Shown: positions 18,999 through 28,167 of the stretch, piece after piece
Numbering within the stretch: the stretch's first letter is position 1
How the letters are laid out: every line of letters begins with the position of its first letter
Sequence record: PP813861.1
Direction: 5' to 3' (one strand)
DNA: 64,000 nucleotides
Translations under genes and position numbers: made by a program
The notes under the pieces: generated by a model
The model's database searches: none
Seen by the model: only the letters and a program-made list of their open reading frames with translations
What the model was told of the DNA's origin: nothing

Positions 18999-21152
18999 AT
19001 GGACGTTATACTTTTCAATAGTGATTGGGATAAATACTACAGCGCTAGTGTTGATCTTACTACTAAAAATAAATCTTTTATAAAGTTAGCTTTAACTTAT
19101 AAAAAGATGGGTATTAAAAATTACAAATTTATACTAGCTATATTGGACCAAGGTTTAATTGGGGTGGATCCATATGACCCTAATCTTAGCGAAGAAATGA
19201 AGTTCCGTATTAACATGGAATGCAAATATAATCCTTGGTATTTTTTTAGGGAAGTGGCAAGAATCCCCCCTAACTCGGGTAATAACCCAATTCCATTCCA
19301 AGCTAACCGTGGTAATATTGCTTTATTCTGGTGTTATTTCAATCACGTAGATTTTGGTTTATTACAGCCTCGTCAGACAGGTAAGTCCGTATCAACTGAC
19401 GTGCTCAATACAGGCATGATGTATATCTGGGGTGAGAACACTAAGATTAACCTTATTACTAAAGATAACAAACTACGCAATGCTAACATCGAGCGTCTAA
19501 AAGTAATGCGTGATTTGTTACCAGAGTATATCCACTATACTGATCCATTAGATGCGGATAACTCCGAATTGATGACATGTATTAGATTAGGTAATAGGTA
19601 TCTAACAGCTGTTGGTCGAAATGATGTTAACGCAGCTGATAAATTAGGTCGTGGTCTTACAGTACCAAATATGCACTTTGACGAACTTGCATATATTAAC
19701 TTAATTGGTGTTTCACTACCTGTTGCACTTGCATCAGGTTCAGCAGCTCGTGATGAAGCTCGCCGTGAGAACCAGCCTTATGGTAACATCTATACAACTA
19801 CAGCTGGTAACATCACTACCCGTGATGGTGAATTTGCATATCACTTCTTAACAGGTGGCTGCCCATGGTCAGAGGAATTCTTTGATCTACCAGATCAGAA
19901 AACTCTACATCGTGTTGTAGAAAAAGGCACTACTGGAAAGAAACCTCTAGTTTATGGTGCATTTAACCACCGTCAATTAGGGCGTACTGACCAATGGTTG
20001 TATAATACCCTTCGTGAATCTGGTTCATTTGGTGAAATTGCAGATAGGGACTTCTTTAATATTTGGACAGTTGGTGGTGAAGGCTCACCCTTATCGTCAG
20101 ATGAGAAAGATAAACTTAAGAACAATATGCGTGAGCCAAGTTGGACAGAAATCACTGATGATGGTTACACACTTCGTTGGTATATACCAAAAGATGAAGT
20201 AGCCTCAAGGATGATGAATGGTAGATTCGTTATGGGTACTGACCCATCTGAACTTCTTGGTGAAGATAATGACGCCACTGGTGTAGTTGTGGTTGACGTA
20301 GAAACACATGAGGTCATGTGCGTTGGTAGATACAATGAATCATCAGTGCCATCAATGGGTAATTTCTTTGCAACAATGCTATTGAGATACCCTAATATTC
20401 TTTGGATACCAGAACGTAAATCAATAGGTATATCGTTAATTGACCATGTTATCTTGATTCTACATACTAAAGGAGTCGATCCATTCCGGCGCATCTTTAA
20501 CAGAATTGTCAATGAATCTTCAGAAAGAGAAAATGATTTCAGAGACATTCAAACTCCACTGTCAGCAAGACAACCATCGTTCTATGATAGGTTTAAACGT
20601 TATTTTGGTTATGCAACGTCAGGTAATGGTGAGTATTCTCGTGACAATCTATTTAAGGTGGCGTTACCATCAGCAATGCATTATGGGGTAAGGACCATCT
20701 ATGATAAACCACTTAGCACGGAGTTATTAGCACTTACTATCCGTAATGGTAGAATTGACCACGCCAAGGGTAATCATGATGACTTAGTGGTATCATTGTT
20801 ATTAGCCCACTGGTTATTAATACAAGGTAAGAATTTATCTTATTATGGTATCAATGTCCCCATCTTAGGTAAATCAAAACTACGCGATAAAGAACCAAGT
20901 CAACTTGAAAAATATCATGAAGAGAAAGAACAGCAAGGTCGTAAAGAATTTGAAGAATTAATAGACCGACTTCGTGGTGAAAAGAACCCAATGATTGCAG
21001 CTAAACTAGAAATGCGTTTGAAACAATTGTCTAAACGTGTTAATATTGATGATGGCAATGGTGTAGGTATTGACGCCATGTTAAATCAGGCTCGTGCAGA
21101 GCGCACACGTAGAGTACGTATTAACCGATATTCTAAAAATAGCTGGTATTAA
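18999..21152 (+). CDS. terL: Terminase large subunit (gp25-like)
   Basis: Walker A PRQTGKS, Walker B MHFDE, nuclease motifs GTDPS and HDDLV. Confidence 0.93.
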   Translation: MDVILFNSDWDKYYSASVDLTTKNKSFIKLALTYKKMGIKNYKFILAILDQGLIGVDPYDPNLSEEMKFRINMECKYNPWYFFREVARIPPNSGNNPIPFQANRGNIALFWCYFNHVDFGLLQPRQTGKSVSTDVLNTGMMYIWGENTKINLITKDNKLRNANIERLKVMRDLLPEYIHYTDPLDADNSELMTCIRLGNRYLTAVGRNDVNAADKLGRGLTVPNMHFDELAYINLIGVSLPVALASGSAARDEARRENQPYGNIYTTTAGNITTRDGEFAYHFLTGGCPWSEEFFDLPDQKTLHRVVEKGTTGKKPLVYGAFNHRQLGRTDQWLYNTLRESGSFGEIADRDFFNIWTVGGEGSPLSSDEKDKLKNNMREPSWTEITDDGYTLRWYIPKDEVASRMMNGRFVMGTDPSELLGEDNDATGVVVVDVETHEVMCVGRYNESSVPSMGNFFATMLLRYPNILWIPERKSIGISLIDHVILILHTKGVDPFRRIFNRIVNESSERENDFRDIQTPLSARQPSFYDRFKRYFGYATSGNGEYSRDNLFKVALPSAMHYGVRTIYDKPLSTELLALTIRNGRIDHAKGNHDDLVVSLLLAHWLLIQGKNLSYYGINVPILGKSKLRDKEPSQLEKYHEEKEQQGRKEFEELIDRLRGEKNPMIAAKLEMRLKQLSKRVNIDDGNGVGIDAMLNQARAERTRRVRINRYSKNSWY

Positions 21153-21174
21153 ATAAAAAAAATAATAGTGCGAC

Positions 21175-21197
21175 ACCCTCTTCACAATGAAGAGGGT
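21175..21197. terminator. Bidirectional terminator between terL and early region
   Basis: ACCCTCTTCA-CAA-TGAAGAGGGT. Confidence 0.75.
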
Positions 21198-21205
21198 ATT
21201 TGAAG

Positions 21206-21472
21206 TTAAGCAACTCTAGTGAACAAAAGATTACTGGAGTTGGAATTAATATGATAGTTAGACGATCCGTCAATCCATTTAGCATCGGAAATCTTGTTTA
21301 CAAGCTGACCATTGCCAATGTAACCTAGGAAAGTTTTATTATCATATACAGCAACTTTGATTAACTCATTTCGTTCGTAAACTAGTGGTTTACCATTGAC
21401 TGCTGTTACTTCTAAACCAGCCATGTATCCATAAATTGGATCAGGTCTGGAACTTGTTTCAAAGACTTTCAT
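21206..21472 (-). CDS. Small hypothetical protein (MKVFETSS...)
   Basis: Start moved to ATG 21472 after GGAG RBS. Confidence 0.75.
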   Translation of the reverse strand: MKVFETSSRPDPIYGYMAGLEVTAVNGKPLVYERNELIKVAVYDNKTFLGYIGNGQLVNKISDAKWIDGSSNYHINSNSSNLLFTRVA

Positions 21473-21538
21473 TCGAAGTCTCCACTGCAAGAAAACCCAT
21501 TTTGGGTAAAAATGTCAAGCTTAAGCTTGACGACATAT

Positions 21539-21564
21539 AGCCCTCCTGGTGCACCAGGAGGGCT
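21539..21564. terminator. Terminator-type perfect 26-bp palindrome
   Basis: AGCCCTCCTGGTG/CACCAGGAGGGCT. Confidence 0.65.
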
Positions 21565-21688
21565 AATCTTTTTCAGAACTTACGTTATTATTATGATTTA
21601 CGATAGCTATCTCGTAAGTTCTATTTAATGATGTAAACTAGTTTAGAATCCCATTAGTTATTAAACTAATGGGAATTCCTTTATACCG

Positions 21689-21973
21689 TCATTTGGTAAT
21701 AAGTCCCTGAATCGTTAGGGTCTCGGTATCAGATGCAGGTTGAGTCAAACGAGTTACACGAATATAATCCGTGTAGTCATCCAGGCTCGAACAACAGTTG
21801 CAACCACGTACTTTGATCTTGGTTGCTTCGATTTCGAAATCATTCAGCTTGATATCGCTACCGAAGTGATCTACCATACGTTGGAATAACTTACCGAATG
21901 AGAAAGTTTCGTACTCGCAGTCGATGTGGAGGACATCAACAGTGTCCACTGGTGGATTATAACTATTACTCAT
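21689..21973 (-). CDS. Small hypothetical protein with CNCC motif
   Basis: 94 aa, AAGGAG RBS. Confidence 0.8.
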   Translation of the reverse strand: MSNSYNPPVDTVDVLHIDCEYETFSFGKLFQRMVDHFGSDIKLNDFEIEATKIKVRGCNCCSSLDDYTDYIRVTRLTQPASDTETLTIQGLITK

Positions 21974-22010
21974 TTGTCATCTCCTTGTGTTTATTTCGAT
22001 TTAACTGAGT

Positions 22011-22226
22011 TTAGGAAAAATTGAAAACGATTTCATTATCATGCCACTCCCAAGTGGCCACAACGATAGATTCGTCACTCCGCTTCAACAGCTTACCCTG
22101 ACCAAGTACATGTTGATCGATCCACGTCAGTGGTCGACCTTCTTGTTCGGCCAATGCATTTAATACGGCTCCGTAAGTGCCAGCCTCATAATTACCATAA
22201 GGGCCATTATACATTTTCGTTGTCAT
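22011..22226 (-). CDS. Small hypothetical protein (MTTKMYNGPYG...)
   Basis: Coding-like from Met40 of the track ORF; upstream part of the track ORF looks like another frame. Confidence 0.6.
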   Translation of the reverse strand: MTTKMYNGPYGNYEAGTYGAVLNALAEQEGRPLTWIDQHVLGQGKLLKRSDESIVVATWEWHDNEIVFNFS

Positions 22227-22374
22227 GGTTGATTCTTTCATTAGTAATCGGATGGTTGTTGATGATATTGTAAGTGGTTTTATGTGGATCGACTTCACGA
22301 GTATAGTCGTCTTAGGTATATTGGTATGCCAATACCATTTCAACCTGTTCTTTAGTTACATAGAACTTTTTCAC
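22207..22374 (-). pseudogene. Possible small gene broken by one in-frame TAA
   Basis: GGAGG RBS, GTG start, 20 codons, TAA at 22312-22314, then 34 more coding-like codons in frame. Confidence 0.35.
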
Positions 22375-22402
22375 TTATACATCCTCCAGTGCCATGATGA
22401 CC

Positions 22403-22738
22403 TCAGATATTCACCATGTTCGTGAAGTCGGTGTAGTTGTAGCCGGTATTCATATCGAGGTAGTCTTGTTCGACCATGTCGTTATTCAGGTACTTGACGT
22501 AAGCCTCGGCGTAAGCAGTGGCTACCGACTTGGTGAAGAAGTAACGAGCGTACTGACGGTTCTGTTCGAACTGACGCAGGTTAGTAGTGTCCTGGCCGCC
22601 GAAACCATGGACCTCCATTACCCCGTAAACAGTATGATCATCCAGAGTAGTGATCTGTGCAACCACTACACGAGAAGCATTTTCCGAATGGTCGATGAAC
22701 GCCATGCTGTAAATCTCGATGTCTTTGAAGTCTTCCAT
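22403..22738 (-). CDS. Hypothetical protein
   Basis: 111 aa, GGGG RBS, codon usage like neighbouring early genes. Confidence 0.8.
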   Translation of the reverse strand: MEDFKDIEIYSMAFIDHSENASRVVVAQITTLDDHTVYGVMEVHGFGGQDTTNLRQFEQNRQYARYFFTKSVATAYAEAYVKYLNNDMVEQDYLDMNTGYNYTDFTNMVNI

Positions 22739-22768
22739 TAGAATCCCCTGTTAAAAATTGAATAAACA

Positions 22769-22790
22769 ACCCCTACCTCAAGGTAGGGGC
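22769..22790 (-). terminator. Intrinsic terminator
   Basis: CCCCTACCT-C-AAGGTAGGGG hairpin. Confidence 0.7.
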
Positions 22791-22799
22791 TTTATGTCG

Positions 22800-22916
22800 T
22801 TACTTGCTGTGCAGGTTTTTTTCGCGCACAGCATCTGTTAACTGACGTGGTGGGTTGAGTTGATCAGGCATGAACTTCCGGAGATTCTCCAGACCGATTA
22901 CTTTCTTCTTGGATAT
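22800..22916 (-). CDS. 38-aa basic ORF with ATA in start position (ISKKKVIGLENLRKFMPDQL...)
   Basis: AAGGA RBS 8 nt upstream of ATA; fills gap exactly, ends at terminator. Confidence 0.4.
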   Translation of the reverse strand: MSKKKVIGLENLRKFMPDQLNPPRQLTDAVREKNLHSK

Positions 22917-22937
22917 TGAAATATTCCTTTTGATATA

Positions 22938-23210
22938 TTAAATAGTTTTGATTATTTCGGTGTGAATAAGAGAGTTGAAACGAACATCGAACGTGCCGTA
23001 CATATCCGATGTTAGTTCCTCGAAGACTGGACTATCCATGAATAGTTCCAGTGCGCGACGAGCCGCAAGACGCTTATCGCCTTCACCATTAGCACCGGGA
23101 TAAACCGAATTACCCTCACCTGGCTTAGCAAAGCCATCAAAGACATGTGACTCGCCTTCACGGTCAGTCACAGTTGCTTTAACGGAATAGCCTGCGTAAC
23201 GGAGTCCCAT
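22938..23210 (-). CDS. Small hypothetical protein (MGLRYAGYSV...)
   Basis: TAATG overlap with upstream gene fixes start at 23210. Confidence 0.8.
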   Translation of the reverse strand: MGLRYAGYSVKATVTDREGESHVFDGFAKPGEGNSVYPGANGEGDKRLAARRALELFMDSPVFEELTSDMYGTFDVRFNSLIHTEIIKTI

Positions 23211-23443
23211 TAGTCGTCCCATCCTTTTACTTCGTACCAGAGACAGGCACTATTGTATTCAACAATGTAACCGTCTTTACGGAGGATTTTCGCTTGACGA
23301 TTATTCATCTTCCCTTCAACTGGCGTATTCTCATTGTTGTAATCGAAGTTTACCACTGAATCACCAGCGAGCGCCCGTTGCTTAATTTTAGCATGGATTG
23401 ATTCCATTTTATAAAGAAGTTCACGCAGCTCTTGTAATGTCAT
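23210..23443 (-). CDS. Small hypothetical protein
   Basis: 77 aa, ATGA overlap with upstream gene. Confidence 0.8.
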   Translation of the reverse strand: MTLQELRELLYKMESIHAKIKQRALAGDSVVNFDYNNENTPVEGKMNNRQAKILRKDGYIVEYNSACLWYEVKGWDD

Positions 23444-23661
23444 GTAACTACACCTACAATAAAGACTCGACTGATTTCATTAAGGTATGCAAGCATTAGG
23501 AGAATACCTGCCCAAATAACAATTTTTCGAGTAGTCTGTTTTTCTATTACACCTGGGTGTGATTCATGAATACTACGGTAACAAAATACATAAAACAGAC
23601 ACAGACTCATTGTGATGAAAATAATGGTAAACCAACCTAAATAGATCATTTTCTTCACCAA
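23440..23661 (-). CDS. Small membrane protein, two predicted TM helices
   Basis: Hydrophobic segments IYLGWFTIIFITMSLCLFYVF and IVIWAGILLMLAYL. Confidence 0.7.
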   Translation of the reverse strand: MVKKMIYLGWFTIIFITMSLCLFYVFCYRSIHESHPGVIEKQTTRKIVIWAGILLMLAYLNEISRVFIVGVVT

Positions 23662-23683
23662 TTGGATTTATGTATTTAGGAGG

Positions 23684-23717
23684 GAGTTAACACAACGTGT
23701 CGAAATTGTGTTAACTC
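23684..23717. terminator. 12-bp hairpin, terminator or processing site
   Basis: GAGTTAACACAA ... TTGTGTTAACTC. Confidence 0.55.
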
Positions 23718-23732
23718 TTTAACCTATGTTAG

Positions 23733-24002
23733 TTAGCTCTGATTACCCACTGCCATGATTTCGACATGGTAGGGCTTATCAGAATTATGCCCAATGCAAG
23801 TCTCGCATTTGAAGATACGCCAGAACCCATAAGAAGGGAGTTCACGGTTTTTCACATACATGTAATCATGTGCAGCCGCGAGGTACTTTTGTTGGATAGA
23901 GAATTCACAAGTGATATAACCTTTCTCACGAATGAACTCTTGAGTCATCTGATCAAAAGTCTTTTTGAGTTCATCAGTAAGATCGACTTGGATTGCGAAC
24001 AT
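23733..24002 (-). CDS. Small hypothetical protein
   Basis: 89 aa, AAGGAA RBS. Confidence 0.8.
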   Translation of the reverse strand: MFAIQVDLTDELKKTFDQMTQEFIREKGYITCEFSIQQKYLAAAHDYMYVKNRELPSYGFWRIFKCETCIGHNSDKPYHVEIMAVGNQS

Positions 24003-24036
24003 TAAAACATTCCTTTTAGTATATTGAATAATAAAT

Positions 24037-24366
24037 CTATTGTTTTGTCAATAGAAAGATCTCTTTTAAAGCTGCATCAATCTGATGATACGGCCATGAA
24101 TCAACACGAGGTTCGTTATCAAGGTATGTCCAAAGTTGGATACCTTGAAGTTTATTGTAGAATACCTTGATTTTGATTCCTTCGTGGCCAACAAGACCTT
24201 CAATGTAAGCTACACCATGTACGTATGTAGCCCTAAGTGCGTACTCACTATCTTCACTGTCGCGCTGCATATATCTGGAATAGATGAAACTCTCATGATC
24301 AAATGGATCAGCTTGAACAATGTGGTCAAAAAATTTCTTTAGTTCAGATTTTTCAATATTGGTCAT
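24037..24366 (-). CDS. Hypothetical protein (MTNIEKSELKK...)
   Basis: Start moved to ATG 24366 after GAGG RBS. Confidence 0.75.
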   Translation of the reverse strand: MTNIEKSELKKFFDHIVQADPFDHESFIYSRYMQRDSEDSEYALRATYVHGVAYIEGLVGHEGIKIKVFYNKLQGIQLWTYLDNEPRVDSWPYHQIDAALKEIFLLTKQ

Positions 24367-24440
24367 TACATTATCCTCATGATTATTGAAATGATTTATT
24401 AAGTCCACCTCCTAGAAGATAGACTTAATACTATTCGATG

Positions 24441-24833
24441 TTATTTTAAGACGCCTGCCTTGTAACCTTTAACAACATTTCTAGCTTCTAACACACTGAT
24501 CTCGCCAATGTGTTTACGCAGTGCTGTAATAGCATTGATGGTGGGTTCATTATCTGCGATATGGCGCCAGTTTCCCTTACCCCTAATAAGTTCAACATCC
24601 TGGACATATAGACCATCTTTAACTAGATCCATTGTTTCCACCAACTTTTCGACTTCTTTAGTTAGATGCGTATGAAGACTGGCGAGGGACATGTCAGTCA
24701 TTTGATGCACGTCATAGAGAAAATCTCTATTATCAGAAGACGATAAAATCTCTTTGGCGAGTTTATTTACAGTGTCGATGTTTGCTGCAATTGAAATTAG
24801 CAGCCCGGCATATTTCTCTGCGTTATAATTCAT
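24441..24833 (-). CDS. Protein with C-terminal ribosomal L7/L12 CTD-like motif
   Basis: TINAITALRKHIGEISVLEARNVV resembles KIxAIKxxRExTGxGLKEAKxxVE. Confidence 0.55.
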   Translation of the reverse strand: MNYNAEKYAGLLISIAANIDTVNKLAKEILSSSDNRDFLYDVHQMTDMSLASLHTHLTKEVEKLVETMDLVKDGLYVQDVELIRGKGNWRHIADNEPTINAITALRKHIGEISVLEARNVVKGYKAGVLK

Positions 24834-24861
24834 TAATACATACCCCTATTTAAAATTGGAT

Positions 24862-25005
24862 TTAGTTTAGTGCAGTGATACTACGAATATCCAATTCATG
24901 TAAATCAAATTTCATTAGGAACTCATTCACCGCTTGCTGAATAGTGTACCCACTCGGAGATTCCCACTGGGTACCATTAAAAGCAATAATACGATAACCT
25001 ACCAT
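24862..25005 (-). CDS. 47-aa hypothetical protein (MVGYRIIAFNGTQWESPSG...)
   Basis: Manually found below track cutoff; GAGG RBS; fills gap. Confidence 0.7.
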   Translation of the reverse strand: MVGYRIIAFNGTQWESPSGYTIQQAVNEFLMKFDLHELDIRSITALN

Positions 25006-25033
25006 TTTTTATTCCTCTAATCACAAAATAAAA

Positions 25034-25051
25034 GCCCTCCCGAAGGAGGGT
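25034..25051 (-). terminator. Intrinsic terminator
   Basis: CCCTCC-CGAA-GGAGGG with TTTTATTTT on minus strand. Confidence 0.8.
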
Positions 25052-25061
25052 ATTTATATCG

Positions 25062-25541
25062 TTACCAACTGATTACCGTGACAAGCTCGAATACCTGACA
25101 CAATTCTTTATCACGGGGGGCATGGTGAAAAGGCTTACCTTCAATACCGCAGTACGGATAAAACAATTTTCGGTGTTCCGTGTCGCCAAACCAGAAGGTG
25201 GTGTTATTGGAATCAACCACACCATGGATAGCCACATCACGGATGTACTGAAATACATGAACTGCCTTATCAGTGATCACTCGCAGTTCTACACCGTATT
25301 CCTTCATCATAGCCAGGATATCTTCCTTGGTGTAATCCACTGGCTCAGCATTGGTCATGATCTGATGAGTCAGAGAACGCTTTTCCTTGTCACCGAAACA
25401 GATGCAGACCAATTGCACCAACTGACCTTCTACCTTGAGACCATTGGTCGGTTTTAGTAGAATAAACTCATTGTATTTGTAATCATTGGTGACAATTAGT
25501 GCCGACTTATTGCGAGTGGTGATACCTAGGTTATACGTCAT
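25062..25541 (-). CDS. Hypothetical protein
   Basis: 159 aa, GAGG RBS. Confidence 0.8.
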   Translation of the reverse strand: MTYNLGITTRNKSALIVTNDYKYNEFILLKPTNGLKVEGQLVQLVCICFGDKEKRSLTHQIMTNAEPVDYTKEDILAMMKEYGVELRVITDKAVHVFQYIRDVAIHGVVDSNNTTFWFGDTEHRKLFYPYCGIEGKPFHHAPRDKELCQVFELVTVISW

Positions 25542-25628
25542 AATTAATTTTCCTCATTTTTCATTTAATTCTTGGAACTGATTAGAAAATGTTGAACCTT
25601 GTAGATGTCTTGAAGTTATGTCATAGTT

Positions 25629-26075
25629 CTATTGGTTTACACGTTTTTGGTATCCCACCATGTAACTTTTATTGAGGTAGCCCTTGATATTACAATCGGC
25701 CACTAGTTCATCTGCTGGGAAACCACTACGGATACGTCTACGAATAGCCAGTAAGATGGATTCAGATTCTTCCGCATCGAACAAATCTACACCAAATGTA
25801 GTCCAACTATTACCTATTTTGTGCTGATATTCCAGACGTACAGTAGTACCATCCGGTGTGATAAACCAACGTTCGTACTCAGATATGACCAGATGACAAC
25901 CACACTGCCACAAAGTACCCAGTGGATCTTTAGAAGTAAGAATACGTTTAGTATCATTCTCATCTTGTGATTTTGCATCAGGGCTGGAACAGAGATGGGA
26001 TAGTAGAAACAGAAGCGATGCTTCCGTAGTTTGGGCACTCAGCATTGCGCGGGTGATGTTTGCATTGATGAGCAT
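25629..26075 (-). CDS. Hypothetical protein
   Basis: 148 aa, AAGGAAG RBS. Confidence 0.8.
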   Translation of the reverse strand: MLINANITRAMLSAQTTEASLLFLLSHLCSSPDAKSQDENDTKRILTSKDPLGTLWQCGCHLVISEYERWFITPDGTTVRLEYQHKIGNSWTTFGVDLFDAEESESILLAIRRRIRSGFPADELVADCNIKGYLNKSYMVGYQKRVNQ

Positions 26076-26147
26076 GAGATATCTTCCTTTTTACAGTTTA
26101 TGAATATATTGCTAAATAAAAAAAATAATACGATGCAGAAAATAAAA

Positions 26148-26165
26148 GGGAGTCCGAAGACTCCC
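26148..26165 (-). terminator. Intrinsic terminator after gp14-like gene
   Basis: GGGAGTC-CGAA-GACTCCC with T-tract on minus strand. Confidence 0.8.
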
Positions 26166-26180
26166 ATTATTGCGTGTAAT

Positions 26181-27293
26181 CTATTTGACAATAACCGCTT
26201 TAGAAAGAGTTTCCATACTTCCAATAACTAATTTGGATTTCTCTTCTTCAGGGTTCTCCATTGCTTCATGCAGGAGTTCACCGATAGTCTTGGGTTGAAT
26301 GTCATCACTGATTTCACGCGAGCATGCCGAGTCGTCGTACATGTCAAACATATTCAGATCATCATCGTCCAGTGGCGTGCTGTCATTCCATGAATAGCTC
26401 GATTCATCTGAGATATAATCAGACCCACTATATTGTTCACTGAGGTCATGGTCCAGTTCTTCTTCATACATCTTATCCATTTCTTTTTCCTCCATTTCTT
26501 GTGCTTTACGGCGTGAAGTTTTGTAAAACGGTAGTAGACGTTGCAAGACTTTATGGAACTTCTTCTTGCTGATCAACCAATTGGTGAAGTAATGGGTAAA
26601 CTGTACTTCAGCTGCCTTAATAGTCGGATCAGAATGCATCGCATCAATCAGTTTCTCCAGATCATACAGATGGTCTTTTACTGGATCAGCATAAGCTGGA
26701 TGTTCTTGGAGTGCGAACATTACGAACGTACGCATATCAGTAATGAAGTACTGGTTGTGATGCTTGTTGATCTCGACGTACTGGGCATCGGGACGATGAT
26801 TATAGTCGTATTTCTCTTCCCAAGTCAGGCTGCGTACTTTGGTCGGACGAGGACCATCAGTCCATCTAACAGCTGGATGCTTCTTACGAATGTTCCAACC
26901 GTGAGCACGGTAATGCTCAGTGGGTTTTTCTTCGAACCAAGTGAAGTTACCTTTACCACGTTCCAGGATCTCTTTACACCAGCTGACATTGATCGACTGG
27001 TTACTAGCTCCGGTCAGGTTGCAAGGCATGTCCAGGACTGCGACGTAGCTGTTGTGACCATTGGCGACGATGCCGAGTACGGTAGCTTCCATGGTAGCGT
27101 AGCTCTGACCCAGATACTTTCGATCAGCTTCATCCAGAAACCCCAGGGTGCAGGATTCGAAGATGGCACGGGTACCAGCCGGGAAGTGTGCACGACCGAA
27201 GGGGTTTTCGATCTTGCGTTCCTTGCGGCGCTTGATAACCAATTCCAGTTTTTCTTTGGTCAGACGGGTTACGGGTTCACGATACTGTTTCAT
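26181..27293 (-). CDS. Early ribosome-binding protein (phiKZ gp014-like, reported to bind 5S rRNA)
   Basis: 370 aa, basic N-terminus and acidic C-tail; about tenth gene after DHFR (gp4); length and position match phiKZ014 as recalled. Confidence 0.65.
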   Translation of the reverse strand: MKQYREPVTRLTKEKLELVIKRRKERKIENPFGRAHFPAGTRAIFESCTLGFLDEADRKYLGQSYATMEATVLGIVANGHNSYVAVLDMPCNLTGASNQSINVSWCKEILERGKGNFTWFEEKPTEHYRAHGWNIRKKHPAVRWTDGPRPTKVRSLTWEEKYDYNHRPDAQYVEINKHHNQYFITDMRTFVMFALQEHPAYADPVKDHLYDLEKLIDAMHSDPTIKAAEVQFTHYFTNWLISKKKFHKVLQRLLPFYKTSRRKAQEMEEKEMDKMYEEELDHDLSEQYSGSDYISDESSYSWNDSTPLDDDDLNMFDMYDDSACSREISDDIQPKTIGELLHEAMENPEEEKSKLVIGSMETLSKAVIVK

Positions 27294-27387
27294 GGTATTT
27301 TCCTTTTTACGATTGATTGGATTGAGTACATCTCAATACATCCTTTTCAAGACACATTGAGATGGGGTCTCCGAAGAGACCCATCTA

Positions 27388-27990
27388 TTATTCCTGGGTA
27401 AGTTCCCCAAGACGACCTTCAGCTTTCATACGACGGATTTCTGAAATGGACTTACCATACTTTGCCGCAAGTTCCTTGACAGTACCTTCAGGGGCAGCTT
27501 TACTCATATCGCGGAAGTTTTGCTTAGCGATTTCGTAGCGTTGTGCCTGAAGAGTCTTCAACTCAGAACGAACCAAAGCATTACCAAGGAATTGAGAGAT
27601 AATTGGCATCACGAAAGATTTCATCTTATCGCGGTACATGTTGACCCATGCACAGTATTCATCTACGTGAATGGATGCGTACTCAGCTACTTTAGTATAT
27701 TCTAAAAAGCCAACAGCATCCGGGCCTTGATCAACATAGACCATCTTGTTGAAAAGAGCTATGCCAATGATCGAGGAGCGCTCTGCTTTTATGAAGGCTA
27801 GAGTATCTTCGATGATAATCTTTTCCAGGTCCTTGTGCTTAACAGGGTCGTTATTGATCAATGCCAACATGGCATCAACCTTTACAGTCAACTTCATGTC
27901 TTCATTACGACAATAGACCAGTTTATTGGTCTGTTCTTGGGTGAACACATGGTCCACGTTTTGGAAGACTTTCGACAGACGACTATCCAT
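27388..27990 (-). CDS. Early protein with C-terminal helix-turn-helix (gp13 position)
   Basis: GTVKELAAKYGKSISEIRRMKAEGRL is an excisionase/MerR-like HTH. Confidence 0.7.
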   Translation of the reverse strand: MDSRLSKVFQNVDHVFTQEQTNKLVYCRNEDMKLTVKVDAMLALINNDPVKHKDLEKIIIEDTLAFIKAERSSIIGIALFNKMVYVDQGPDAVGFLEYTKVAEYASIHVDEYCAWVNMYRDKMKSFVMPIISQFLGNALVRSELKTLQAQRYEIAKQNFRDMSKAAPEGTVKELAAKYGKSISEIRRMKAEGRLGELTQE

Positions 27991-28167
27991 TTATTTATCC
28001 TCATTTACAGTGAATGCAAACATAGTACATTTCGGCTTAGCGGGATGCTGACACCATTTCTCTGAAACTTTACCTTCAGGCTTAGTGAGTCCGTAATAGA
28101 ACTCACCAACTGCCATCGAGAAGCCGATCAGAATTGCAAGAAAACCTACCACTATTTTGGTTTTCAC
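27991..28167 (-). CDS. 58-aa membrane-anchored protein (MKTKIVVGFLAILIGFSMAVG...)
   Basis: Manually found; GTGA overlap upstream, TAA-ATG junction downstream; N-terminal TM, two Cys. Confidence 0.75.
   Translation of the reverse strand: MKTKIVVGFLAILIGFSMAVGEFYYGLTKPEGKVSEKWCQHPAKPKCTMFAFTVNEDK

Noticed and set aside
26039-26224. 61-aa hydrophobic minus-strand ORF
   Set aside because: Spans the terminator and T-rich intergenic DNA, which explains the hydrophobicity; overlaps both neighbours
26541-27401. 286-aa plus-strand ORF
   Set aside because: Fully antisense to the gp14-like gene, no RBS; typical shadow of biased codon usage
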